A stretch of DNA of 62,713 nt, counting the filler. It is 6 parts of 6 records of this genome, joined end to end, with 100 filler letters (N's around TTAATTAATTAA, not from the genome) between each part and the next. Parts side by side here need not be neighbours in the genome. Positions count along the whole stretch, not along the records: positions 45,037 to 54,600 come from DRR723986_10346; positions 54,701 to 62,713 come from DRR723986_10354; 4 more parts are not named here. One strand, given 5' to 3'. This document shows, piece by piece, positions 52,371 to 61,800 of the stretch (position 1 is its first letter; the number at the start of each line of letters is the position of its first letter). The notes beneath the pieces are model-generated. The model ran no database searches and was not told the DNA's origin. It worked only from the letters and a program-made list of their open reading frames with translations. Position numbers and translations under genes: made by a program.

Positions 52371-52949
52371 TTGAACCCGCTCTACGCTTTCGTCTTCGCC
52401 GGGCTCTTCTCACCCGGACCGAACGTCATCCTGCTGACCGCGTCCGGCGCGCGCTTCGGCTTTCGCGCGACCCTGCCGCATGTGTTCGGTGTAGCGGTCG
52501 GCGTTGGTGTCATCGCGGGGCTGATGGGGCTTGGGATCGGCGCGTTATTGCTGGCGCAACCGGCGCTGACGCTGGTGCTGAAGATCATCGCCGCGGGCTG
52601 GATTCTCTGGATGGCCTACGCCCTGATCCGCGCGGGCGATCTGTCCGGCGGCAAGGCGGGGGAACGGCCCTTTACCTTCTGGCAAGCGGTCCTCTTTCAA
52701 TGGGTGAACCCCAAGATCTGGGCCGTGGCACTGGCCGCTGCTGCGGGCTATGGCATCGGGCTCAGCCCAGTGGGCGAAGCACAACGCCTGGCCACGGCGT
52801 TCTCGGGCATCAACCTGTTCGTTTGCCTGTTCTGGAGCTTCGCAGGCTCGCTTCTCGCGCTGCTGCTGACGACACCCCGTGCGTGGACGGTGTTCCGACT
52901 GTGCATGGGCGCAGCCCTTGCCGCATCCGCCGTCATGGTGTTCCTGTAA
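52371..52949 (+). CDS. LysE family translocator
   Basis: SPGPN, G.R...P, FQWVNPK; TTG start assumed. Confidence 0.88.
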   Translation: MNPLYAFVFAGLFSPGPNVILLTASGARFGFRATLPHVFGVAVGVGVIAGLMGLGIGALLLAQPALTLVLKIIAAGWILWMAYALIRAGDLSGGKAGERPFTFWQAVLFQWVNPKIWAVALAAAAGYGIGLSPVGEAQRLATAFSGINLFVCLFWSFAGSLLALLLTTPRAWTVFRLCMGAALAASAVMVFL

Positions 52950-52998
52950 CCGCCGGGCTATATCTGCCCGCAACAGGACCATTTCCAGCGACGTTTTG

Positions 52999-54600
52999 AT
53001 GTTTCGTTTCTTCGAAAATCTGGTCGATCCCTATACGGACTATCCCGATCAGGACAGCCCGCCCAGAAAGCTGTGGCCGTTCCTGTGGGACTATTCCCAG
53101 CCCTTCAAGCGGCTCTTCCTGATCACCGCGATCATGTCGGTCGTGGTCGCGATCATGGAAATCTGGCTGATTTCCTATATGGGCCGTCTGGTGGATCTGC
53201 TGACCGGGGCGGACCCCGCGCAGTTCGTTGGTGATCACGGCTGGGAACTGCTGGCCGTTGCGCTTTTCATCCTGTTCCTGCGCCCCATCCTGCACGGGTT
53301 TGACGTGGCGCTGCTGAACAACGGCATCCTCGTCAATTTCGGTACGCTGATCCGCTGGCGGGCGCACCGCCATGTGCTGCGCCAATCCGTGGGCTGGTTC
53401 GAGAACGACTTTGCAGGCCGTATTGCCAACCGGATCATGCAGGCCCCGCCTGCCGCTGGCGACGCCGTGTTTCAGGTCTTCGACGCGATCACCTTCTCGC
53501 TGGCCTATCTGGTCGGCGCGGCCATTCTGCTGGCCGATGCCGATCTGAGGCTGGTCATTCCGCTTTTGGTCTGGTTCGTGCTTTATGGGTTTCTGGTGCG
53601 CTGGACGATGATCCGCGTTGGCCCTGCGTCCAAGGCCAGTTCGGACGCGCGCAGCATGACCACGGGCCGTGTTGTCGACAGCTACACCAATATCCACTCG
53701 GTAAAGCTCTTCGCCCATCACGACAGCGAAATCAGCTATGCCAAGGAGGCGATCGAGCATACCCGCCGCACCTTCGCCGCCGAGATGCGCATCTACACGA
53801 TGATGGACGTGATGCTGACGGCGCTGAATGGCTTCCTTGTCGTGGCGGTCGTGGGCTGGGCCGTGTGGCTGTGGATGCAGGGCACCGCTTCGGTGGGGAT
53901 CGTCGCGGCAGCAACGGCGCTGACCCTTCGCCTCAATGCCATGACCGGCTGGATCATGTGGGCGCTTTCCACCTTCTTCCGCTCACTCGGCGTGGTGTCC
54001 GAGGGGATGGAAACCATCGCGCAACCCATCACGCTGACCGATGCGCCGGGGGCCAAGCCGCTGACCCTGACACGCGGAGAGGTGCGGCTGGACAAGCTGC
54101 GCCACCATTACGGGCGCGGAAGCGGTGGCTTGCAGAACGTGACCCTGACCATCCGGGCCGGGGAAAAAGTGGGCCTGATCGGCCGCTCTGGTGCGGGGAA
54201 ATCGACCTTGGTCAAGCTGCTTCTACGCTTCTACGACCCCGAAGGCGGACAGGTCCTGATCGACGGGCAGGACATCATGAAAGTCACGCAGGACAGCCTG
54301 CGCAGCCATATCGGCATGGTCCAGCAGGACAGCTCGCTGCTGCACCGGTCGGTGCGGGACAACATCCTATACGGTCGCCCCGACGCCAGCGAGGCGGACA
54401 TGCTGCAAGCCGCCAAACGGGCCGAGGCGCATGAGTTCATCCTCGATCTGGAAGATCCGCAGGGCCGCAAGGGCTATGACGCCCATGTGGGCGAACGCGG
54501 GGTAAAACTCTCAGGCGGTCAGCGTCAGCGCGTGTCGCTCGCCCGCGTGATCCTGAAAGACGCGCCCATTCTGGTGCTGGACGAGGCCACAAGCGCGCTG
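52999..54600 (+). CDS. ABC transporter, fused permease/ATPase (3' truncated)
   Basis: TM domain, GRSGAGKST, LSGGQRQR, LVLDEATSAL. Confidence 0.94.
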
Positions 54601-54700
54601 NNNNNNNNNNNNNNNNNNNNNNNNNNNNNNNNNNNNNNNNNNNNTTAATTAATTAANNNNNNNNNNNNNNNNNNNNNNNNNNNNNNNNNNNNNNNNNNNN
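54601..54700. other. Artificial contig linker
   Basis: N44-TTAATTAATTAA-N44. Confidence 0.99.
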
Positions 54701-54729
54701 TCAGGCTTTTTGATTGTTTTGTTAACAGT

Positions 54730-57700
54730 TTAACCAGCAAACCGGCGCGCCGTAAATTCGTCGCGCGTTTTGCCGCGCAATTCCTGCTTGCCGCCCGCAC
54801 TGCGCACATAAAAGCTGTCAGACTGGCCCACATAGACGGCTTCCGGTGCCGGCAGGATCGTAATCAGCATCACATCCTGGGTGAAAACCTGCTCAATGTC
54901 AATCTTAACAAATTCCGAAGGATGTGCCAGACTCAGGCTGTTGTGCAAAAGATTGTCAATGCTCAGAATCAGGCCGTCCGCATTGTTCTTCTGTGGGTTG
55001 GCTGCGGCATATTCAGCCTCCAGGCCGGTCACACTGCCGTCATCGGCCACACCCAGAATGACCGTCCCGCCGCCGTAACTATTCAGAAAAGCCGCGATGG
55101 CTTCGAGGAGGTTTTGCGCCCGTACTTTGGCTGGTTTGGCCGCAGGCTGCAGCGGATGTGTAGCAAATGCATACTGTTTAAACTCAAGAACTTCGGACTC
55201 GCCCGCGCCAATCATGGACATCACGCGCGGATTCGGCGCCAGTGCATCAAATGCCGCCAGTGCGGCATCTTTGATTTCTTGTTCGACTATCGGAAATGTT
55301 CCCAGAATGTATGTAAACTCAGCATGTGTTAAGTCATACAGATGCGCAACAATCCCATCCAGCCTGGCGCGAATCCCGGCGCGTTCCTCCGCAGAATGTG
55401 CGCCCTGTGTATGATCACCCAGGCCAACTTCAGCCGCCAAATCATCGTACTCCGGGCTTGTGCAAATCAGCCGCGCCGCACCCTCCACCAAAGGCCGGAA
55501 TGCCCAGTGTGTTTCGTCGATGCGCGGAACGGGGAGTTGGTAGATGTAGAACATGTTTAGAGTTGTCGAGACCTTTTTACGCAAAAACCAATCAAGCGCA
55601 AAACTGTTCATGATTGCACACAGGAATAACATCTGTGTATGAGTTATTCCTGTTTCCAATACTTTGATTGTTGTGCTGTTAACTTCCGTGAAGACATTCT
55701 TGGGAGTAACCGTTGAGATCATAGTGCGGCTATCAGTGTTGCGTGCTATCCTTCGATGCACCCAGCGATACCCCTGGTAATCCATATCCTGACCAATATC
55801 TTCCGCTCTACCCAAGAGTCGCTTGCGTCCGACATTTTCGTCAATCCAATAGCCGGAGTGCTCATCTGTTAGTTCGAACTGATGAAACATTTTGCCAGTG
55901 AATAGTGGAGTTTTGCTTGTGGATGGAGAATTTGAGAACAGCGCACTGTCATTCGTCATGTGAAATTCATTGGTCAAAGTAAAATCAAGGGCTTGCTTAG
56001 TGCGATCACTCAATAGTGGATGTTTAATAAATTTTAAGGCAGTATTCAACTCTAAAGTATTAGTGAGCTCAGGAAAAGAGTAAGTCCTTCCAGACAGCGA
56101 TTCAATTGTACGCCTTGACAATTGAATGCAATCCAAATTGCTAGCCTCCAAATCCTTAACATCATGCCGCATGAACGTCGCCGGAAAACTTTCAGTCTCC
56201 CCACCTTTTTGCAGGGTTAACACAATGAACTTGAAGCTACGGTGCACACCTTCAAAAATGCCCTTGCGATTCTCAAAACCGAACAGACCTTTAATGCGTG
56301 TTTTGTCGAGTAATAATTTTCGCAGTCCGGTTGCACCCAAGTCCGAATAAATGCCGCCGGGCAGCACCAGCCCCGCATGCCCATCTTTGCGCAATAAACG
56401 ATAACAACGCTCAACAAAAAGCTTGTAGAGATTAATGTCACTGCCGGTCATCTTGCCATTAACTTTCACACTCTGGAACTGGTAGTCATGTGCACTGCGG
56501 TAGTACTTGCTCATGTGTGGCCAGCGGCTCAGGTACTCTTCGTACGCCCTGCGGATATTCTCGTCCTGCAGTAGCTCCTTCTTTTGTTTCGTGAAATCCT
56601 CGATGCGCATCGCATTTTTGGCCTGTTTGACCAGCTCGGAGTGTTCGGCAAAGAACTCCTTGTCCTGCGGTTTAAATCCTTCCCAGGGGGGATTGGCCAG
56701 AATCACATCAAAGCCACCGTCCGTGCCCGAATCACTTTCCATGACTCTCTGGAAGTCAATGCCCCAATGCAGCGGTGTTAAGGTATCGATGTCATCCTTT
56801 CTTAGGATGACCTTTTCGCTCTTTTTGATCTTGTGTTTGTTTTGATCCCAGGTCACCGGTTCGCGTTTGATCTTGAGTTGGCGGAATTCTTCCGCCATGA
56901 TGTCCGCCAGCAGGTCCATGGATCGCCGCCGTTGCCGCATTGCATCGTCGCGCAGCGTTAAAAGGTTCAGGCCGTTCGTGGCCGAAGATTTGTATAAGTC
57001 GCGCAGGCGATGATATTCCCGGACGTAGGTTGGCAAATTTGTCATGCTCAGCACTTGTTGCCCACGTTCCGCAAATGCCTCATCGCTGATGCGCAGTAAG
57101 CCAATCAGCGAATTGCCCGCCAGAATGTTAAAGTCAATATTTGGTAGAGCCTCAAGTTCCTGCGCGGGATCAGCCGACGCAACCAAATCGAGGAACAGCC
57201 GCAGCCGCGCGATCTCAACCGCCTCGTCCATAATATCGACGCCGTACAGATTGTCGGTTATGATGCGCTTTTTGATGAAGTATTCATGATTGACCGACTT
57301 CTCAAGTCCGCTCTGTTCACGCCAGGCCTTCAGACCTTCAGTCGTCTCAGCATCTGTTGCTGCCTTAAACAAAAGACGGTTCAGCGCTGCGCGATAAATT
57401 TCCTTGAGCGTATTCATCGCCGCTACCAGAAAAGCCCCCGAGCCGCAGGCCGGATCAAGTACCGAAAGTGTCGGCAAGACGTCGCGTAACAAGACCAGCG
57501 CCGTGCTGCGGTCCATACTTAACAAGGTTGCCGGCAGGCTGGATTTAATCTGTAACAACTCAACGCCGTTGAGGCGGCTGTCATTAAGTGCCTTGAGTTT
57601 GTCAAACACTGCTGCGTGAATGCATTGCTCACAAAGGTAAGAAGTAATCTCAGGGCGTGTGTAATACGCGCCAAACTGTTTCTGGTTAATGTATTTCTCA

Positions 57701-58743
57701 AAGATATAACCGAGGATGGACGGGCTGATCGTGCGGCCGTCGGAATCAACATCCTCATTTAAAGTCCATTCGTACTTCGCCAGAATATCAAACAGCTTGG
57801 CAAAACAGTCATTCGGAATGCTGATGGCTGTGCCGTATTTCTCTTCAATCTCATGTTCCAGGAACAAGCCGCCATTTAGATACGGCAAGCTGCCAAAGAT
57901 AGCCTTGTCGAGTGTCTGTTTGACCGTTTTGACCGCGAAACCTTCAAAAAACAGCGGCCGCAGAAAATTGTGGTAGTATTGACTGCCGGATTCCGTCGCC
58001 GCAAACAGTAGAAGTTTATCGTTAAGAAAGTCGGTGCGCTCCTTACCCAGGAACAAACGCCGCTGCAGGAAATAAATAAACATGATGCGGTTTAACAGAA
58101 CAGAAGCGTACCAGCGCCGGTCATGCTCATCGTCGATTCCCTCAATCTTGTTCACAAAAAAGTCGTGGATCGATTTGAAATTCTCATAGAATTCACGCGT
58201 GACTTTTTCAACGTCAAATGCGGCGCGCAACTTCTGCAAATTGGCTACAAATCTCTCGCTGCTCTGCTCGCGGTCCAGGTCTTCAAAACTAACAAAGAGT
58301 TTGGCAAGTTTATTCAGCAGGTCGATGCTGTTCTGGTATTGATAAAAGGTGTGGCGGCGTGCCAGTTCCTTGCCGTCGGCATCTTTTCCCACCCAATACC
58401 AGATAACCGCACGTGATTGACCTTCAGCGCTGTTCGTAAACAACAGCAAGTTTTCGGCAACTCTGGCTTTAATAATACTGTGAACATAGCTCAGCTCATC
58501 GTCCTTCTCCGGCAGGCGCCCGTCTGTTCGCGTTACGACAATCGCTGGAATATCGCCGAGCGCCGCAATCTGTTTGTAGTGGTACAGTGGACCGTCCCTG
58601 CCGTCTTCGTCGTCTTTTCCGACTATCTCAGCTTCGTAGGGATTTGTCGGAGCATTCCAGCCCATTTGTCCAATAAACAAGCTCTGGAAGTCAAAAGACT
58701 TTAAGGCTTTGCGCGCCTGGTCAAAGTTGAGAGAATCCGACAT
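54730..58743 (-). CDS. Type IIG/Eco57I-like N6-adenine DNA methyltransferase with TRD, fused to a C-terminal Schlafen/AlbA_2 domain
   Basis: PYLNGGLF, GAYYT, LDPACGSGAF (motif I), YGVDI, LPNID.NI..GNSL, FDVILANPPW (motif IV), NLYKLFVE; C-terminus GESEVLEFK, IAAFLN..GG.VILGV.DDG...G, FYVR; GTG at 58755 is an alternative start. Confidence 0.9.
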   Translation of the reverse strand: MSDSLNFDQARKALKSFDFQSLFIGQMGWNAPTNPYEAEIVGKDDEDGRDGPLYHYKQIAALGDIPAIVVTRTDGRLPEKDDELSYVHSIIKARVAENLLLFTNSAEGQSRAVIWYWVGKDADGKELARRHTFYQYQNSIDLLNKLAKLFVSFEDLDREQSSERFVANLQKLRAAFDVEKVTREFYENFKSIHDFFVNKIEGIDDEHDRRWYASVLLNRIMFIYFLQRRLFLGKERTDFLNDKLLLFAATESGSQYYHNFLRPLFFEGFAVKTVKQTLDKAIFGSLPYLNGGLFLEHEIEEKYGTAISIPNDCFAKLFDILAKYEWTLNEDVDSDGRTISPSILGYIFEKYINQKQFGAYYTRPEITSYLCEQCIHAAVFDKLKALNDSRLNGVELLQIKSSLPATLLSMDRSTALVLLRDVLPTLSVLDPACGSGAFLVAAMNTLKEIYRAALNRLLFKAATDAETTEGLKAWREQSGLEKSVNHEYFIKKRIITDNLYGVDIMDEAVEIARLRLFLDLVASADPAQELEALPNIDFNILAGNSLIGLLRISDEAFAERGQQVLSMTNLPTYVREYHRLRDLYKSSATNGLNLLTLRDDAMRQRRRSMDLLADIMAEEFRQLKIKREPVTWDQNKHKIKKSEKVILRKDDIDTLTPLHWGIDFQRVMESDSGTDGGFDVILANPPWEGFKPQDKEFFAEHSELVKQAKNAMRIEDFTKQKKELLQDENIRRAYEEYLSRWPHMSKYYRSAHDYQFQSVKVNGKMTGSDINLYKLFVERCYRLLRKDGHAGLVLPGGIYSDLGATGLRKLLLDKTRIKGLFGFENRKGIFEGVHRSFKFIVLTLQKGGETESFPATFMRHDVKDLEASNLDCIQLSRRTIESLSGRTYSFPELTNTLELNTALKFIKHPLLSDRTKQALDFTLTNEFHMTNDSALFSNSPSTSKTPLFTGKMFHQFELTDEHSGYWIDENVGRKRLLGRAEDIGQDMDYQGYRWVHRRIARNTDSRTMISTVTPKNVFTEVNSTTIKVLETGITHTQMLFLCAIMNSFALDWFLRKKVSTTLNMFYIYQLPVPRIDETHWAFRPLVEGAARLICTSPEYDDLAAEVGLGDHTQGAHSAEERAGIRARLDGIVAHLYDLTHAEFTYILGTFPIVEQEIKDAALAAFDALAPNPRVMSMIGAGESEVLEFKQYAFATHPLQPAAKPAKVRAQNLLEAIAAFLNSYGGGTVILGVADDGSVTGLEAEYAAANPQKNNADGLILSIDNLLHNSLSLAHPSEFVKIDIEQVFTQDVMLITILPAPEAVYVGQSDSFYVRSAGGKQELRGKTRDEFTARRFAG

Positions 58744-58788
58744 GGAGTATTCCACATAACAGTTTGTTGGTCTTATTTACATGCTCGT

Positions 58789-58852
58789 GCAAGCCGCCGA
58801 ACGCGAAGGAGTTGCCGTCAACTCCTTCGCGAGTTGCGCCGTACCGGCTTGC
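58789..58852. repeat. Nested inverted repeat between the helicase and methyltransferase genes
   Basis: CGCGAAGGAGTTG-CCGT-CAACTCCTTCGCG (58802-58831) enclosed by GCAAGCCG/CGGCTTGC. Confidence 0.8.
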
Positions 58853-61800
58853 CTAGGATTTAATTAATCCCAGCGAACAGATGATCTTACTTGAAAAGTT
58901 TTCGGTTTCCGCCAGGGTGCGCACCAGGCGCGCATCTTCATGCAACTCAAGCAGCATCGCTTTCAGCGTTACATTGTCGATCTTGGCACGCAGCTGTCGT
59001 GCCATCGCGCGGCGCGCCTGCTCATGCAGTGGCGCATTATACAGCGCCTCCAGAATTTGCTGCAGGCTGCGGAGCTCCTCATCTGGCAGTGTGTTAAAGA
59101 GCGTATCACTGTAATCTATCATATTTTTAACGCGATCGTACAGCCGTCGGCGCGTGGCGTTTGCCGGCCCCAGCTGGCCCGCGCGGAATCCCTGCTTATT
59201 CTCAAGAACATTAACGGCCTGATTAACCAGCTCAAAGTGATTGGCGGCGCGTGGTGCGGCAGCCGTATCCGGCCGGCAGGCGGCCATGCGCAGAATGTCC
59301 GTGTGAGACTCGGTAATAACCTCACCTGCGCTGTCCAGCCGCACCAAACCATAGTTGGATGCGCCGGTCTGCACGTACACAAGTAGGCCATCGGTCTCTT
59401 CGGCAGACTCCAGATGCCGCGCTGAAAAACTTTTGTCCGGCAGTGCCGGAATTGTTTTGGCCAGGGAGGGATCTCGTTTTATCGCCTCGTCCCAAATTCC
59501 CAGCGCCTGCGAAACCAGGTCATTATCGTCGTCATCCTCGTCATCAAGGATGCCGCTGCTTTCATTGTACAAGTCATGCAGCGGTTTGGCATCGGCCTGA
59601 TCGTTAAAAAATATCTCATCCGCACCCACCACTTCAGCATTCTGGGCCAGGCGTTCCTGCAGGCGTTCGCGCAGTGTGATAATCTGTTCAACTCCTGCTG
59701 CCGGCCAGAAGGTATAACACAATATTTCACCTGATTGCTGGCCGATGCGGTCAACGCGTCCCGCGCGTTGTATTAAACGGATGATCGCCCAGGGCAAATC
59801 AAAGTTAACAATGATATGTGCGTCCTGTAGATTCTGGCCCTCACTTAACATATCCGTTGCCAGTAACACGCGGTGTTCTTCCTGCGGCGTAATCTTGCCG
59901 CTCGCATTATTGCTGCGCGGGCTAAATCGCTGCACAGCCGTCGCCGGGTCTCCTTTAACTCCACTAACGGCGCCCAACTCATGATCCTCCAAAACTGGGC
60001 GCAGATGTTTATCCAGATATGTAATCGTATCCGCAAACTGCGAGAACACCAGGATCTTTTCGTTCGGGTGTTGGTGCCGGATCAGATGCAGCAGGGCTTG
60101 CAGCTTGTTGTCATATGCCGCCTGCCAGGCGCCCTGTTCCTGCAGCAGCGCTTCCAGCGCATGGCAGTCGTCGAGCAAATCTTTGAGCAACTGTTTGTTA
60201 AACAGCTCGGCGCGCAGCCAACGGAATTTGTGCCGACGTTCTTTCGCGTAAAACTCGTAGGTAACACCTGCATTGCGCCGCTTAATGTCTTCGACGTCGC
60301 CAGGCTGATGGCTGTGTAATTCTTCTTCGCGCCCAATTATTTCCTGCAGCAGCGCCAGGTTGTATTGTTCGCGCCCCTGTTTTCCACTTGTGGCTCCGCT
60401 GCCTGCTCCAGCCCCATTTCTTGTCTCAGACCCATTCTTTGCTCCAGTCGCAGCCACACCTGCCTGACGTTTGTCCCGACCCGACGTTCTTCTGGGGTTG
60501 GCCGAATCTGCGTCATCATCCGGCGCACTGTCAAGCGGCACGAAGTCCAAAACATTGGCATCGACGTCTTCCTGGCGTGTATCGAACAGCATCGCAGCAT
60601 CCTGGGTGCCGATTGGAATCTCCAGGTCATGTTCCAGCGCATGTACAAAGACGCGATTACGCGCCACATGCCGTTGAATCGAAATCAAAAAAGCTTCGCC
60701 GCTGCTTTCCAGGCGCTTAAACAAATTTGTCCGGCTAAAACCAATCAGACGGCGCCCGCCCGTTGTTAAATCGCGAATGATGCGTTTTTCGTCCGTCGTG
60801 ATGTCTAAAAGATTTTCTTTAACATAATTGCCCAGACCGTAACGCGGCAGCGCCAAATCGGAAATCACGTCCACAACCGCTTCTGAATACAGGCGTGCAT
60901 ATCTGTCCTCCGGATCGTCCGCATCACTGTAGAACTCCAGGCGTGCCGCACGCCGCTTGGGAATGCGTGCGCGGGAACCGTTGCTGAACTCCAGGTAAAA
61001 CTCCCCGTTGGCGTCGCGTTTGGCATAATACTTCTTGATAAAACTCCGTGTGCGCCGCACCATAAACTGGCTGATTAACAATCGCCAGTCCGCGGCAAAT
61101 TCGCTCATCTCAAACGCTTCCAATGTGCGCGCGTCTTTTTGTTCCTTAAGGGCAAAACGTTCGCCACCCCGGTATTGCACTCGCAGCATTTCTTCGGGAC
61201 GCACGCCCAGGTCGGCCTTTTCATCTACAAACAGGCGCAATTGATTGGATAAGTCCAGATAGGTTTTGTTGTAGGGCGTCGCCGAAAGCAGGATGCAGCG
61301 GCTGCCATGTTGGTTGATGAAGTCGCGGATGGCCGCATACCGTTTGCCTTCGCGATTGCGCAGATTGTGGCTCTCGTCAATCAGAATCACCTGGTACATT
61401 CCAGCCAGCTCACCCAACTTTTTTGTCACTTTCGCCGTGGACATAATTGTGGCGCCTAGGCCATAGGCCTCATCGTAGCTCTGCCACATCTTCTCAAGGT
61501 TGGCGGGGCAGAGGATCAGGGTCCGGAATCCACAATCGTCAAGCATGATGCGGATGAGTGCCGAAGCCATCATTGTTTTGCCAAGCCCAACTACGTCACC
61601 GATCAGGACGCCGCGGCGTTCGTTCAGGTATTGCGCCGCAATTTGTACGGCCTTCTCCTGAAACTCCAGCAGCGTGTCCCGGAACACACGCGGAATACTG
61701 AACGAGCGAATTCCTTCGCGCGCCTGGCGCGAAAGCTGATGAATCATCTTCAGATATATATGATAGGGCGGAATTACAGTATCACCACCCCAACTGTGTT

